Of a DNA stretch of 64,000 bases, positions 36,241 through 50,700 are shown piece after piece; position 1 is the stretch's first letter; each line of letters begins with the position of its first letter. Location of the stretch: positions 23,380,401 to 23,444,400 of the forward strand of contig CM120641.1 in NCBI GenBank assembly GCA_051362555.1, given 5' to 3'. The notes under the pieces are model-generated. The model was not told where the DNA came from. It worked only from the letters and a program-made list of their open reading frames with translations, and made no database searches. The position numbers and the translations under genes were made by a program. The DNA is from Lingula anatina (Eukaryota; Animalia; Brachiopoda).

Positions 36241-38573
36241 AGACCAATTTCTAGAATTTATATTTTCATCAGTATTGGCTAGTGATACATTCTTAAATAA
36301 ATCTCCATAAATCAAAAGGTGTAAAGTAAGCATGTAGAAAAATGTTTCATACAGGAATTGCAGTTAAACAGATTTTACTTGATGATGATTGGCAGTATTT
36401 TGTTGGACCAAAAGATTTGTTTTGTAAGTTAGCATCTTTTAATTTTAGTGAGTGTTTGTACAACTTCACAAATAAATAAATAAGAAGTACAGTATATTAG
36501 GCAACATTTGTTTTGTAATATGGCAAATAAAGCGTTCTCTATTTTATGGTTCAAAATGTTTACTAAGAAAGCTTTATGGCATTTGAAAATGGGCAAATTT
36601 CCGAACTTTTCTGGTTTTGCACGCATACAATTGATTGGACAATTAAAAAAATTCTTAACGGGGTCAACTTTATTGACGTGAAAAATGTGATCAAGTTACC
36701 TAATCTCTGTATCGTAATGTTTAGTGGATCAATTTTTAACAACTTTTTTATGTATTTGGAATATTTACATTTTTTGTATACAGAAACATAACGGGTGCCA
36801 AATTGTTCCATGAACTTAAATATAATTTTTTGTCAGTTTACAGTCTATTTTTAATGTTCAAGGAAGGAAAGTTATATCAAGGTTGTTAATGTTTGAGGAT
36901 GTTCATATATGTGGAAGAATTGTGATATCAGCAATGCCACTTGAATAAAAAGTACAAATTATACTTGTTTTAGTGTTACATAAAAGCATTAAATAAAAGT
37001 CTTGTGCTATCTAGAATTGACCTTAAATGCTTTTTATTTTAACCAGTATCTAGTCGTGACAAATTTATATTTTTCATGTAATTTTTTTGTATAATTATGA
37101 CCATTTCCTATAATTGTTTAAGTGATTGGACCTTACTATTTTATAAAATTATTAGAGTGTGATACGTCATGCTGAATTGAATTATATAACCAAATGAAAA
37201 TGCTGGGCATTTTGGGTGAAAGTAAGTAGGGAAAAAGTTTGGTGGGGGGGGGGGGAGGATGTAGAAGCAGAACCTCATCAGAAACAATATATTGCCCATT
37301 CTCAGTTATCCTGACTGACCATAATAGCAACTGGAGATACCTTGTTGGAGACAAAAAAAAAACATTGATCTCTTTCTTCAGGAAAATCTTTATTGCTGTC
37401 ATCAACCAAAACCTTTAAAACAGTTTTCATTTTTTAAACGTGAGAAAATATAAGTTTTATTGTAGCTCCATGTCCGGCATGAATCTCAGAAAATATAATT
37501 ATTTGAGCAAGTTCAACTTAAAACTTGATGTAAATTAATATTAAATTAAAAACTTCAAATTTAAAAGCTGCCTATTGCTTGTTGGGTGTGCAAATATCTA
37601 ACTTGTCTAAATGTAAAACTTTCACTATACAGCAAAGTAATACAGTCTATTAATAAAAATAAAAGTATGTGTTAAGATAAAAATAACTTGCCTTAAGAAT
37701 TAATATTACATGTTTTTGAAAATTAAAATTAATTTACAAGTTCATCAGTCTTCTTTAGAAACTCCTGTATGAAATTACATAGTCATTCATGAAAAAATTG
37801 TAATAATTATAACAAATTTACCCTTGGTTTGGATAGTATTGTATTTTTGAGTCACAATAACTTCCAGTTTGAGTCTTAAGCAATATGAATATCTTTCTTA
37901 GTTAAATTGATGAAAAATTGTCTCTGCAGTTTTAGGACACATTTTCAGGTATGTACAGGCATTCTCTGGAGACAACACAAACAGCACTAAAAGGGGAAAA
38001 TATTCTTCAAACAAAGGATCCAATGTCTTCAGGCACTGAAATGACAAAAGGAAAGAAATTGTGTATCGCAACATTTTTTTCTGTTAGGAAAAAATTAATA
38101 ACTGACAGAAACAGTATCAAATATAAAAATATGGTAATGACTTGAACTTTTCAATTGGCAAAAATTATCAAAACTAAGAGTTAAATCATTTCATAATCAC
38201 AAAAATTATATTTCTATATCCAGAGAGCATGATGAGGTTAATTACAGGGGGGAAACCTTCTGTTCTAGGTACGCCAGATATTACTATTAAAAATTAATTT
38301 TAAAATGTTGAAAATTTAGCAGAAAATGAATGGCAAACAAAGAATTCTTTAAATTTTACTTAGTTTTCAAATACATATCAAAAATACTTAAATTTGTATA
38401 CCCTTACAGTAAGCAAGGGGCTGATTGGAAACAATTTTATTATTTTTCTGTCACATGTACAACAAAATAATAATAAGAGTTGCACAAGATACTAGTATGA
38501 GTATTTAAATACATGGCATGCAAATAAAAAGCACACTGCTAAATACAAGTCTGTTACTAACATAATAAACTAT

Positions 38574-38749
38574 GGCCCCATTCAGAATAAGGGACTAACT
38601 AGTCTGAGGGTCAAATATGACCAACCCACTTGAATACTTCCCTGCAGGATATCTATTCAGTGTCTATTAGCGGATTAGACGGCAAGCTTTTGAGTGGGTC
38701 ACCATATTTGATCTTTGGACTAGTTAGTCCCCTATTCAGAATGGAACCC
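38574..38749. mobile_element. Palindromic MITE in the 3' UTR of the saposin gene
   Basis: ggccccattcagaataagggactaactagtc...aaatatg..acccact mirrored by agtgggt..catattt...gactagttagtcccctattcagaatggaacc. Confidence 0.75.
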
Positions 38750-38776
38750 GTGTTCAAATTAATCCCATACCCCAAT

Positions 38777-41700
38777 CTAAAGCAAGCCTTCTCCAGGGCA
38801 AGCTTTGAGGGTTGGACAGACTGCTCCAGGAGAGAGGACAGTTTGCAGGAGGAGGGGGATGGAGCTGTTCACAAAGCTGGTACACTGAGGAGGGAAAATT
38901 GACATGGGTTTTTTTAATGTGAAAAACAAGGAACAGTCATGAAGCAATAGATGAAATCAGTACATTGTTTCAGTTTTTTATAAACACTTAAATACTGATG
39001 AAGACAATTCATGCAAGAGAAGAGAGCTGCACTATAATATTTAATAGTTAAGCACTATACCCAATGCATTTAAACTGTAGTTTAATTTGACCTTTTCCAA
39101 AACCAAAGAAATTGCATAAGCATACAACATATATATATGTACTATATATATATACAACATATGTATATAATAGGAGAAAAGATCCATATATTTATCATGT
39201 GCATCCTAAATCAAAAGTTATGCCTGATGATGACACAAACATTACAGCCTGTGACATGCCAATGCATTGTTTGAATTAATCTAATTAGTCTGACAAAACC
39301 TTTTGACTAGGATACCGCAAAAGGATATGTATCCATTAACATGGGAAATATTATCCTTAACCAAGATATTCAACCAAAACCAGCTGGGCTCAACCCGTCA
39401 TATTTAACTTACTTCTGTGCTAGTGGGAGGTGGGAGTCTCTTGCATACATCATTGATGATCTTTTCTGTATCATTCTGAAAAAGGAGTTATGTGATGAAA
39501 ATTTACTAACATTGATTGATATTCATATTTCAGCTTATGTAAAATGATCACAAGAAAATGTATATATTTATACCGGTATCAGTTTCAGTCCAATATCCAG
39601 TGTTTGCAAACCACAGATTCAGAAATATAATACTTATATCAGATTGGAAGGAAAAGCTGCAACTTGCAGTCATCTGATATTGTTCACTGATTGATAAAAA
39701 AAAAATTCTTTTCTCGGATTGGTAAAAAGTTATTAGTGATGTCCTTAGTCAACATTATGTTTGGTGATGGCATCATCAGTCAATATCATGCTTTACCAGA
39801 CCTCAAAAAGATCTTTATATATGCTAATTTTAAAAAATTCATTTATGGTTAAGTATATTTTTACAACAACTATGACCTTAAGATATTTATTCAGTAACTA
39901 TGGTACTAAAACTACGATAACAATTTAAAAATAGATTATATATTAATCTCTCTTTAGCTGAAAATAATATTTACCATGTGTGCCATTAGATAGTCATCTA
40001 TTTTCTGCATAACAAACTTGCAGATGTCACATTCAACACTATTGGCTTCAACTCTCAAAGATCACACTGTGCGAAGTTTTATCCATTGCTGCTCATGAGC
40101 TGAAAATACCAGTAATGTTTCAGCCTTGTTTACTTTTGGCATTTCTTCTCTTATTCAATCATGAAACTTGATTTTCAAAAAGGTGCTGTTGACCAAATTA
40201 CTGTTGAATTTAGAGCTAAACATAACTACAAGGAATTACGATGTGAAAAAAACTCAACTGAAAAAGTGTGATGAAATTTTCTTTATGCAGCATTAAGGCA
40301 AAAAAAGTTATATTCTCCTGCATCAGGTCATACATATGAATTTTCAAACTTCAATTTCAGAAGAAAATACAACTACTAGCAGTAGGCACAAACATTTTCT
40401 TATCTGAAATGAAGTCACACAGTTCCTTTAGACTATCATGACTGAAGTAAAAAGTTCTAGTTTTTCCCCAAAAGAATCCCCCTTCTGAAATTGCTGGCTG
40501 CAGGCCTGAATTGTGTAATGCATGTATATTCATAGTGAACATAAATTAAGTGTGGTCAAAAGAAAATCCCCTACCACTGGTGCATAATCCTAGTTCAGAG
40601 CAGACGGTCTGTGGATCAGAACTGAGCAAAGACTTGAGTTCATTGATGATCAGAGGGACAAATGTTCCACACTGAAATCAAATATACTCACAAATATGTA
40701 TAACAAATAACTTTCAAACAAAATGTTAAATTGAAAATTATCACACCAAGAAAACTTTTCTCTATAAAGGATACTTTGAATATATGACTCTGTTTATCCT
40801 ATCAAGTATTAACAATCATGAACTAGGATCAGGGATCAATTTGCAGCTATTTCCTGGCAAAGTTCAATCAGCTGGGTTAGGCCAAATGTAATGTGCCTCC
40901 AGCCTACAGGAGATTATAGTTAGATTAGATTATAGTTTTTCAAATTGTAATCAACTGAGGGGAAAGCTCACCGTTTGTGTGCTTTGCAATATGTTCATAC
41001 ATTCATTCCACAAAGTGCTGTTCACTTTCTGAATCACTTCTGGGCTGTTCAACAGCTGCTCCACTGCTGTCACTGCTAATTTACACTCTTCACACCCGGC
41101 ACCATTCTGGCAAAAGAATGAAATATTTAACCACTAAAAGCAGGCATGCCAATTAAAATTTTTAAAACAGCTCAATATTCAGCCTGGCAGTTATGAAAAA
41201 TTTGCCAAACTGAAGGTCTTTTTTGCCAGCCGGACTGTAAATTGTTATTGTACTTGACACATTTTGTACAAGTGATTCACACAAGTGATTTATTCACAAT
41301 TTAAGGCCCATTACATAAGGCTTGTGACTGCTAGGTGAACAAATTTTCGCCCCTCTAACCCCTTGCAAAGTTGGGACTTAGGCAATTTTTGATAGTTGGC
41401 ATCAAATTCATACATCAAGTGTTAATGGCTTTTAAATATTGTATCCTTTTTTTTTTTTTTTTTTTTGTTACATATTTGTGAGAGTAATCCAAAATTTGTC
41501 TCCCAACAGCAGTAAGCCAGGTGTAACAAGGGCTTAAGATACCACAATTTTAAAAACTGACCTCTATTCCACTTTCTTTCCCAATTTTCTGACGGAAAAA
41601 TGTTGACTGGCCTAAAACAAAGGTAATTTCAAAGTGACAAAATGACAAAATACTCTGAGTCAAAAGTAAAATTCATTTCAAAGCTTTGAATTAATACAAC

Positions 41701-44700
41701 TAAAACTATGAAGATATAGTAATAATAATAATAATAATAATGCATTTATCTTCAATGATATATTTTTCAGCTAATGTAAAAATGCAATAAAAGAGACACA
41801 TAGAGTATTCCATATCAGGTATATCTATACAGTGTTAACATAAATATACTGGCAGTATGTACAGGGTAATTTTATTGTGGTCAAAAGAAAATCCCCTACC
41901 ACTGGTGCATAATCCTAGTTCAGAGCAGACGGTCTGTGGATCAGAACTGAGCAAAGACTTGAGTTCATTGATGATCAGAGGGACAAATGTTCCACACTGA
42001 AACAAATCATTTTATAAATATATAGAGAGTCACAAATAAGCATATGCTACCAAAAACATTCAAACGAAATGTAAAATTGAAATCTAACACGCCAAGAAAA
42101 CTTTTCTCTATATATAAAGCTGGGGTAGCGATAGCAATTTTTTCGCTTAGCCAAATCATCACTTTTTTTGTCAATTTGTTATCCAGATTGTGTTAATTTT
42201 ACTAAAATGAGTCAATTCAAGCCCTTTTTGTTTAGCCAATTTACGTCAGTTTTAGCTTTTGGCTAAATTGACGAGTGTTAGCGCAACCCAAGTAAAGGAT
42301 ACTTTAAATATATATCTCTAAGATTGCCTTATCAAGAATTTACAATCATGAACTATTATCAGAGATGAATTTGCAGCTACCTCTTGGGAATGTTTAATGC
42401 ACCAGTTTAGGCCAAATGTAATGTACCTACAGGATAATGACTAGATTAAAGTTTTTCAAATTGTAATCAATTGTAAGAAAGCTCACCGTTTGTGTGCTTT
42501 GCAATATGTTCATACATTCATTCCACAAAGTGCTGTTCACTTTCTGAATCACTTCTGGGCTGTTCAACAGCTGCTCCACTGCTGTCACTGCTAATTTACA
42601 CTCTTCACACCCGGCACCATTCTGGCAAAAGAATTAAATATACAGGTATATATATAATTCATTTGAACCACTCATGACAGATTTCTTTAAAAGCAGTCAA
42701 AAATTCTGACTAACAATCATTAAGAATCTGCCAGAATTTTTGACAGCTTTGAAAATTATTGACAGTCCCTTAGAGAGCATTCACAACAAAGTTGATCCAT
42801 GGGCTTACTAGTCCACACATTGAATATGATGAGCACTTGACAGTGGATTCCCAGCAGGGGCAGAGCGATTAAATCTCTGCATGCTTTCAACTGGGTGGTG
42901 CCATATTTGATCCTTGGATCTGTTAGGCTGCAGATCAACTTGTTCTGAATGTGCTATTAGACTGACTGAACACAATGCCATACTGTCCTTGATGTCTCTA
43001 TGGATCATGACCAGTAAGGCCTACATTTCAACATGTCTCCTAACAGACAATGAAAAATTTGAACATGCAGTTATTTTTTGACAATAACTGTGGTCAATGA
43101 CTGTTAAATGGCATTACTTTAATGGAAAAGTTATCTTAAATGTGAAAAAAGTCTAGAATCTTGTACAAACCTTCACTTTTCCAACGCCGGTTTTCTTTTT
43201 CAGGGTTCCAAAAAGATGTTGCACTGAAGATTGAATACAATTGATGTATTCTATGAAAATAAAATCTGAACCACAATAAAATGAAGTATTTTAAAGGAAT
43301 CTTAAAGAAGATCTTACAGAAAGTTAAATGGAAAATTTTACATCACAGCTCTATTAAATAAATCAACTAAACAACCTTAGTTTCAAAAATGTCTTTCCTT
43401 CTCAAATCCTTATGTTAAAAGTGCTTCACAATTCAAAGGGCAATTACAACTAAAATATCTATATAAAATGAAAAATTAGCAGTGTGCCATTTCTGCCTTG
43501 TTGACAAATAACTCACCACCACTACACATCCCGATTTCAGTGCAAACTTCTGATGGGTCTGTAGACAACACAGACTTGATAAAGTTTTCAGCCACTGGTA
43601 CCAGTGTGCCACACTAAATAAAAAAATATATAATATATATAATAACAGAGTATGTTTCGTCAAAGATGGCTGACATTTTACATTAACATTAAATATACAG
43701 AAGGTTCAAGTGTTATTTTAACTCTAAAATACTCAATACAATAGGTTTCTATTAGGCTTGTGATATCCCCTCAATGCCTTTTAATGTAAAACAGTATAGT
43801 TGCCTTTTCCACATTTTCTTGGTTTCATTAAATTAGGTGGGAAACAGATACATCTACAGAGTGACCATCTTTATTTAGCCTCAAACAAACTTAAGTAATT
43901 TACATGCAAATGCAAAATAATAAATAAATCACCAAGGCTTCAAAAATGAAATAAATCAACTCCTTTGCCTAAATGATAATTATGATTACAACTTGTATCA
44001 CCAAATCTTATCTCATATCATCAAACCAATATGAATAGTAAGTAGTTAAGTAATAGTTAAGACTTTGGTTATTTCAGATAATTCCTACTCAACCCTACCA
44101 CAAAGTTCACTCAGATATACTATATTATGAGAGTAATTTACCTCTTGGGAGCTTTGGGTTAATTCCATGCAGGCATTCCACAAGGTGGTATTGATCTTCC
44201 CCATCACCTCATTACTGTCCAGTATATCCTCCAGACCATTTACTACTATTTTGCACAGCTCACACTCACTGTCACCCTCCTGCAACAATTTGATATTTAA
44301 GGAATATATAGGATTTCTTGAAAAAAGACAGCATAACACTGTGTACAGAAACTTGTGACACCTGACACCTTCACACCTTTTTTATATTGAATCATTTCCC
44401 CAGGATAATGTTTACTTCCTACAGTTAATCTTTTTTGTGTTCTAAACATTCTAGATGTAATTCAGAAATTTTCTTAAGTTTGTCAGATATTTGCAACATA
44501 AGCCAACTGCATGCCTGCATTAAATGTTTTGTAAGCACTCCATGATAAATAAAAAAAGTTATAATAATTGCAAGGTCACTCCTCTCCTGTAACAAAAATT
44601 ATCATAAGAAGTTGGACAGGGGTTTAACAATCATTATTACTAAATCAAGCACAAAAAATGGAAATTTAGAAATTATTTTATATATATTTTAAATTATCGT

Positions 44701-47700
44701 AGATTATATACATGATAAATGTCCCCAAAATATCTGAGAGAATCACTGTACTCAATAAAACAGGTTTTTATCAGCTTTTTGATACTTTCTCATTAATGCA
44801 TTTTAATGTAAAATACTAAATCAAGCACAAAAAATAAAATTTATTATATATCTATTTTACTGAACTGAGCCTTTATGCATGATATATATTAAAAAAAACA
44901 TTGAAGACAATCATTTATTACAAACAGTCACTGACATTACATCATTCTCACTGAAATGATATTTTGAAAAGAATTCTTACATTAGTATCAGTCCAGGATT
45001 TTATACACACCTGCACTTTTGCACTGCTCATTTTCTTCTTTAAGTTTCCCAAAAGATGTTGTCCTGAAGATAGAATACGAATGACAAAGTCTATAAAATT
45101 CTGAGGTGAACCACAATTATTAAAAAAAAATGTGTAAAACTTGACTATTTTCCCCAAACTGCCAACTGAATCATAAACAATGACATTTGGAAACCAAATC
45201 TAAATAGAAACCAAAGCAAATATTTACATTTGAGAAATAAAAATATTATAACTACATTTAATCAATCAATAATCAATCAATAAAATACAACCTTAAGACT
45301 TTTGTTCCTTTTATCAAAAAATTAATATTCATAGTGCATCACAATTAAAATGGCTATTGCAACTAAAATATGCATGTAAAACGAAAAATAAGCAGTGTGC
45401 TACAAATGTATATGCCTTGTTGACCGATAACTCACCTCCAGTACACATCCCAAGTTCAGTGCAAACTTCTGATGGGTCTGTAGACAGCACAGACTTGATA
45501 AAGTTTTCAGCCATTGGTACCAGTGTGCCACACTAAATGGTAACAGGAAAATGAAAACAAAATGGTTCAACAAAGATGGCTATATTACAAAAATGTTTGG
45601 AAGATAAAGGTAGTGTTTTCGATCAAAAATACTCACTAAAATAGTCCTTATCCAATTTTTGATACTTTATCTCATTAATGCCTTTTAATGTAAAACAGTA
45701 TGTTTGCAATTTCAACATTTTTCTGGTTTCATTTCATTTGGTGGGAAAGAAAAACATCATCAGCCTGAACATCTCTTTTTGTTTTCAAACAAATTAAAAC
45801 AATTAACAAGATGAAAAATTAAATAATAAATCAGCCACCAAGGCTTCAAAAAATGTAATTTATCACTTCTTTTGTCTTAAAACTAACCATGATTACAAGT
45901 TTTATCACCAAATCTTATCTCATATCATCAAACCAATATGAAGTGGTCATTTCAGATAATCACTACTCAACCCTACCATGAAATTCAATCAGATATACTA
46001 TATTATGAGAGTAATTTACCTCTTGGGAGCTTTGGGTTAATTCCATGCAGGCATTCCACAAGGTGGTATTGATCTTCCCCATCACCTCATTACTGTCCAG
46101 TATATCCTCCAGACCATTTACTACTATTTTGCACAGCTCACACTCACTGTCACCCTCCTGCAACAATTTGATATAACTTCAGGAATAAATAGGGTTTCTT
46201 GGCAAACAACAATACAATTCCCAGAAAACTGCTGGCAACAGCAATACCTTTCTGCATTACAATTACGTGAATGTCTTTCTCAGGGTCATAAATTTTAACA
46301 GTTAATCTTATTGTGTGTTCAAGAACATTTTGTAAATAATTCTAAATTTTTCTCTAAAGTAAAAGATTCCATTGACTTTGGTATGTCACAGACACCTTTT
46401 GCCCAGAATAACCACTTTTGATAATAATAGCCAGTAAATATAAAGGAGAAAATTGTAAAATACCTGTATTTTTTCACCTTGAAAAGTTTTACGTGGACCT
46501 TAAAGAAAAGATACCAAAGAATAAAATATCTGTTGGTTATATTTAAATAGCAATTTCATACAACTGAATAAACAGCAAGGCCATCTTGAGATAATCTTAA
46601 ATTCAATAACTCTAGTCTGTTGCACCTTTTCATTTTCATAAAAGTATGATGAAATTTAGGTTTCGGCAAAGAAAAAATTTTAGAAAGAACTACATTTAAT
46701 TAATTTTAGATGCACAAGAAGCAACAACCTCGGGTTTACACCTATACTTACACTTCCGCATCTAAAAACGATGCAAGTAAATCTCACCTCTTACACAAAA
46801 TCCAATATCAGTGCAAGCAACTTTTGGGTTTGTGGACAGCACACTCTGTAACACATTCATCACAACTGGCACAAATATTCGACACTAGAAATAGAGAACC
46901 AAATAAAGACTATTGTGACAGATACATTTGTATATTTCAAAGATATTAACATACATATACATTTCCTTATTGAGATATTGTCTCAATCAAAGCACTTAAC
47001 AGGTGAAAAGGGCAATTACCCCTGTGATAAATCTAAGTGAATTGAAAAACAAGCTTTGCGACATCTCTGTCTTTCTCTTCCTTTAAACTCAAACTCCATC
47101 CTCATCCCAACCCCACACCCTCTCTCCAACCATTAAATACAATTGAATATTCACACTATCGCTGTTTTGGGTTGCTTCTTCACACACGTTCCACAGTGTG
47201 GTATTAAGGACAGACATCACAATTGGGTTTTGCGACATCATTCCCACCAGGCCAAGCACTGTCTGGCAACTGACACAGCCCTTGCTGTCCTAAAGGTAAA
47301 AAGAATAATACCTCTAATTGTTATTGCGTTTACACCATTAAATTAATACACGTACCATAATCAGAATCCACATGTAAGTTTTACACTTGTATATTACTAA
47401 GGAAATTTAGTGATTTTTCCATGTATCTTATAACTAATGTTTGTTTTCAGAAATGATGACACTGATAATTGCTATCATATTTGATGTTATAATCAAAGAA
47501 TTTTTGTGTAGCTCTTGATAGTCAAGAAGAGAAATGTGACACAGCTATAGACTACTTAACTTTAAATTTTCAGGAATAAGCTTGAAACATGGCATTTTCA
47601 GACTTAAAAATATATCAAAAAGGAAAGATTTTATTCAAGATTCTTATCACTAAATTTTTTTTTGGTGATTATCTTAATTAATGACCATATTAACAGTAAA

Positions 47701-50700
47701 TAAACAAAAAAAAAACTTATACAAACCGGCCTTTTTTTCTTTTGCATTAGTTCTTTGAATTTTGGAACCAGTTGGTTTCTTTGAGAAGAGAGACCCTGGT
47801 CTGAAAAATAAGTGATTTTTGATTAATAAGTATCAAAATTTGATATGGATTAGTTTTCTGATGGCTACTTGTCCGGGTAGCAAATTGCATTTTTACAACA
47901 TTTTCTGACATGGGAAAACAGGACATACAGATACACTCAGGGTTTTAATACAAATTGAGATACATTTTCACAATAATCTCAAAAAACTTTTACCTGATGG
48001 ACACATCCCAAGCCCAGTGCATGCTGCTTGTGGACTGTATATGCCTTGTTGACCGATAACTCACCTCCAGTACACATCCCAAGTTCAGTGCAAACTTCTG
48101 ATGGGTCTGTAGACAGCACAGACTTGATAAAGTTTTCAGCCATTGGTACCAGTGTGCCACACTAAATGGTAACAGGAATATGAAAATGAAATGTTTTAAC
48201 AAAGGTGGCAACATTACAATAATGTTTGGAAGATAAAGGTAGTGTTTTAGATCTAAAATACTCACTAAAATAGTCCTTATCCAGTTTTTGATACTTTATC
48301 TCATTAATGCCTCTTAATGTAAAACAGTATGTTTGCTTTTTCAACATTTTTCTGGTTTCATTTCATTTGGTGGGAAAGAAAAACATCATCAGCCTGAACA
48401 TCTCTTTTTGTTTTCAAACAAATTAAAACAATTAACAAGCAAAAATTAAATAATAAATCAGCCACCAAGGCTTCAAAAAATGTAATTTATCACTTCTTTT
48501 GTCTTAAAACTAACCACGATTACAAGTTTTATCACCAAATCTTATCTCATATCATCAAATCAATATGAAGTGGTTATTTCAGATAATCACTACTCAACCC
48601 TACCACAAAATTCACTTAGATTTACTATATTATGAGAGTAATTTACCTCTTGGGAGCTTTGGGTTAATTCCATGCAGGCATTCCACAAGGTGGTATTGAT
48701 CGTCCCCATCACCTCATTACTGTCCAGTATATCCTCCAGACCATTTACTACTATTTTGCACAGCTCACACTCACTGTCACCCTCCTGCAACAATTTGATA
48801 TAACTTCAGGAATAAATAGGGTTTCTTGGCAAACAACAACACAATTCCCAGAAAACTGCTGGCAACAGCAATACCTTTCTGCATTACAATTACGTGAATG
48901 TCTTTCTCAGGGTCATAAATTTTAACAGTTAACCTTATTGTGTGTTCAAGAACATTTTGTAAATAATTCTAAATTTTTCTCTAAAGTAAAAGATTCCATT
49001 GACTTTGGTATGTCACAGACACCTTTTGCCCAGAATAACCACTTTTGATAATAATAGCCAGTAAATATAAAGGAGAAAATTGTAAAATACCTGTATTTTT
49101 TCACCTTGAAAAGTTTTACGTGGACCTTAAAGAAAAGATACCAAAGAATAAAATATCTGTTGGTTATATTTAAATAGCAATTTCATACAACTGAATAAAC
49201 AGCAAGGCCATCTTGAGATAATCTTAAATTCAATAACTCTAGTCTGTTGCACCTTTTCATTTTCATAAAAGTATGATGAAATTTAGGTTTCGGCAAAGAA
49301 AAAATTTTAGAAAGAACTACATTTAATTAATTTTAGATGCACAAGAAGCAACAACCTCGGGTTTACACCTATACTTACACTTCCGCATCTAAAAACGATG
49401 CAAGTAAATCTCACCTCTTACACAAAATCCAATATCAGTGCAAGCAACCTTTGGGTTTGTGGACAGCACACTCTGTAACACATTCATCACAACTGGCACA
49501 AATATTCGACACTAGAAATAGAGAACCAAATAAAGACTATTGTGACAGATACATTTGTATATTTCAAAGATATTAACATACATATACATTTCCTTATTGA
49601 GATATTGTCTCAATCAAAGCACTTAACAGGTGAAAAGGGCAATTACCCCTGTGATAAATCTAAGTGAAATTGAAATTGAAAAACAAGCTTTGCGACATCT
49701 CTGTCTTTCTCTTCTTTTAAACTCAAACTCCATCCTCATCCCAACCCCACACCCTCTCTCCAACCATTAAATACAATTGAATATTCACACTATCGCTGTT
49801 TTGGGTTGCTCCTTCACACACGTTCCACAGTGTGGTATTAAGGACAGACATCACAATTGGGTTTTGCGACATCATTCCCACCAGGCCAAGCACTGTCTGG
49901 CAAATGACACAGCCCTTGCTGTCCTAAAGGTAAAAAGAATAATACCTCTAATTGTTATTGCGTTTACACCATTAAATTAATACATGTACCATAATCAGAA
50001 TCCACATGTAAGTTTTACACTTGTATATTACTAAGGAAATTTAGTGATTTTTCCATGTATCTTATAACTAATGTTTGTTTTCAGAAATGATGACACTGAT
50101 AATTGCTATCATATTTGATGTTATAATCAAAGAATTTTTGTGTAGCTCTTGATAGTCAAGAAGAGAAATGTGACACAGCTATAGACTACTTAACTTTAAA
50201 TTTTCAGGAATAAGCTTGAAGCATGGCATTTTCAGACTTAAAAATATATCAAAAAGGAAAGATTTTATTCAAGATTCTTATCACTAAATTTTTTTTGGTG
50301 ATTATCTTAATTAATGACCATATTAACAGTAAATAAACAAAAAAAAAAACTTATACAAACCGGCCTTTTTTTCTTTTGCATTAGTTCTTTGAATTTTGGA
50401 ACCAGTTGGTTTCTTTGAGAAGAGAGACCCTGGTCTGAAAAATAAGTGATTTTTGATTAATAAGTATCAAAATTTGATATGGATTAGTTTTCTGATGGCT
50501 ACTTGTCCGGGTAGCAAATTGCATTTTTACAACATTTTCTGACATGGGAAAACAGGACATACAGATACACTCAGGGTTTTAATACAAATTGAGATACATT
50601 TTCACAATAATCTCAAAAAACTTTTACCTGATGGACACATCCCAAGCCCAGTGCATGCTGCTTGTGGACTTGTGGATAATGCCTTTTCAATTTCAGACAA

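Noticed and set aside
38574-38749. SECIS element making the TGA a selenocysteine
   Set aside because: The hairpin is explained by MITE TIRs, no AUGA/GA core with apical AA was recognised, and the TGA is in a linker rather than a Cys position; not formally excluded without SECISearch.
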